A stretch of 6,695 bases of DNA from a virus (Duplodnaviria > Heunggongvirae > Uroviricota > Caudoviricetes). Made by a program: the position numbers and the translations under genes. The stretch is taken from IMG/VR virus record IMGVR_UViG_2740892230_000018; one strand, 5' to 3'. Below the pieces are notes generated by a model. The model saw only the letters and a list, made by a program, of their open reading frames with translations. It was not told the origin of the DNA and ran no database searches. Shown here one piece after another: positions 6,301 to 6,695 of this stretch; positions within the stretch are counted from its first letter, which is position 1, and every line of letters begins with the position of its first letter.

Positions 6301-6540
6301 TAAGCGAAACAGCACCGCGAGGAATCAGNNNNNNNNNNTGGTCTTGCCGAAGGCGAAGAAACTCTCAGCTTCAACGAATTTAAACAGGCGCTTTCCAGTT
6401 CGGCAAAATCTAACGGCTGATAAGCGAAACAGCACCGCGAGGAATCAGNNNNNNNNNNTCAGCTTCAGTGAGTTTAAACAGGCGCTTTCCAGCTCGGCAA
6501 AATCTAACGGCTGATAAGCGAAGCAGCACCGCGAGGAATC
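6221..6540. other. Probable assembly joins: three variant copies of the ydfB 3' end and ydfC ribosome-binding region, separated by N runs 6329-6338 and 6449-6458
   Basis: 6221-6328, 6339-6448 and 6459-6540 are collinear variants with a few substitutions (gctcacagc / actctcagc, caggtg / caggcg, taatggc / taacggc). The first two both end at ggaatcag. Confidence 0.6.
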
Positions 6541-6543
6541 AGT

Positions 6544-6695
6544 ATGCAGAAACGAGAACCCGTCATCATCGCGCCAGACTATACCGATGATGAACTTTAT
6601 GAGTGGATGCGCCAGAAAATTAATGCAGTGCAGGATCTGAAATGGGCCAATGAAGCCAGGACTAAGCAGGCTGAAAATCTGTCCGCTCTGGAGCA
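6544..6695 (+). CDS. ydfC: YdfC-like protein, 5' partial (runs off the window end)
   Basis: ATG at 6544-6546 with GAGG about 8 nt upstream; MQKREPVIIAPDYTDDELYEWMRQKINAVQDLKWANEARTKQAENLSALE... Synteny dicA-ydfA-ydfB-ydfC as in Qin. Confidence 0.65.
   Translation, partial: MQKREPVIIAPDYTDDELYEWMRQKINAVQDLKWANEARTKQAENLSALE

Noticed and set aside
5939-6315. - strand ORFs 5939..6187 and 6118..6315
   Set aside because: Antisense to ydfA and ydfB, which have good starts and match known Qin synteny.
6167-6514. + strand 115-aa ORF from GTG 6167 spanning two N gaps
   Set aside because: Frame only stays open because of the concatenated variant copies and N placeholders; the real gene here is the 42-codon ydfB in another frame.
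3829-6540. CRISPR array or other regular biological repeat array
   Set aside because: The iterons are irregularly spaced and lie within a coding sequence (an origin, not CRISPR). The larger repeats are each associated with a 10-N run and are imperfect copies of adjacent sequence, consistent with assembly joins.

Overview
This window is the early (immunity plus replication) region of a Qin/Rac-like lambdoid prophage from an E. coli-like enterobacterium, in a draft-quality assembly. On the + strand: a DicA-type XRE repressor (5244-5651), then ydfA, ydfB and the start of ydfC. On the - strand, transcribed divergently from the dicA/dicC intergenic operator region: a DicC-like Cro (4940-5167), a ~180-aa hypothetical in the cII/ydaT position, an O-like replication initiator with an iteron-type origin inside its coding sequence, a lambda-P-like helicase loader, a DUF1627-like protein, a ~585-bp stretch that reads as one gene broken over three frames, an AT-rich spacer, and an orphan ModA-like periplasmic binding protein with a signal peptide. 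Six runs of exactly 10 N each sit beside near-identical (roughly 91-96%) copies of adjacent sequence; I read these as assembly joins of variant prophage copies, not biology, so gene models crossing them are uncertain. No rRNA, tRNA, CRISPR array, integrase or transposase was found. I do not see a convincing novel multi-gene system. The best follow-up candidates are the orphan binding-protein gene and the broken unknown ORF beside it. All protein family assignments are from recalled similarity, not from searches.
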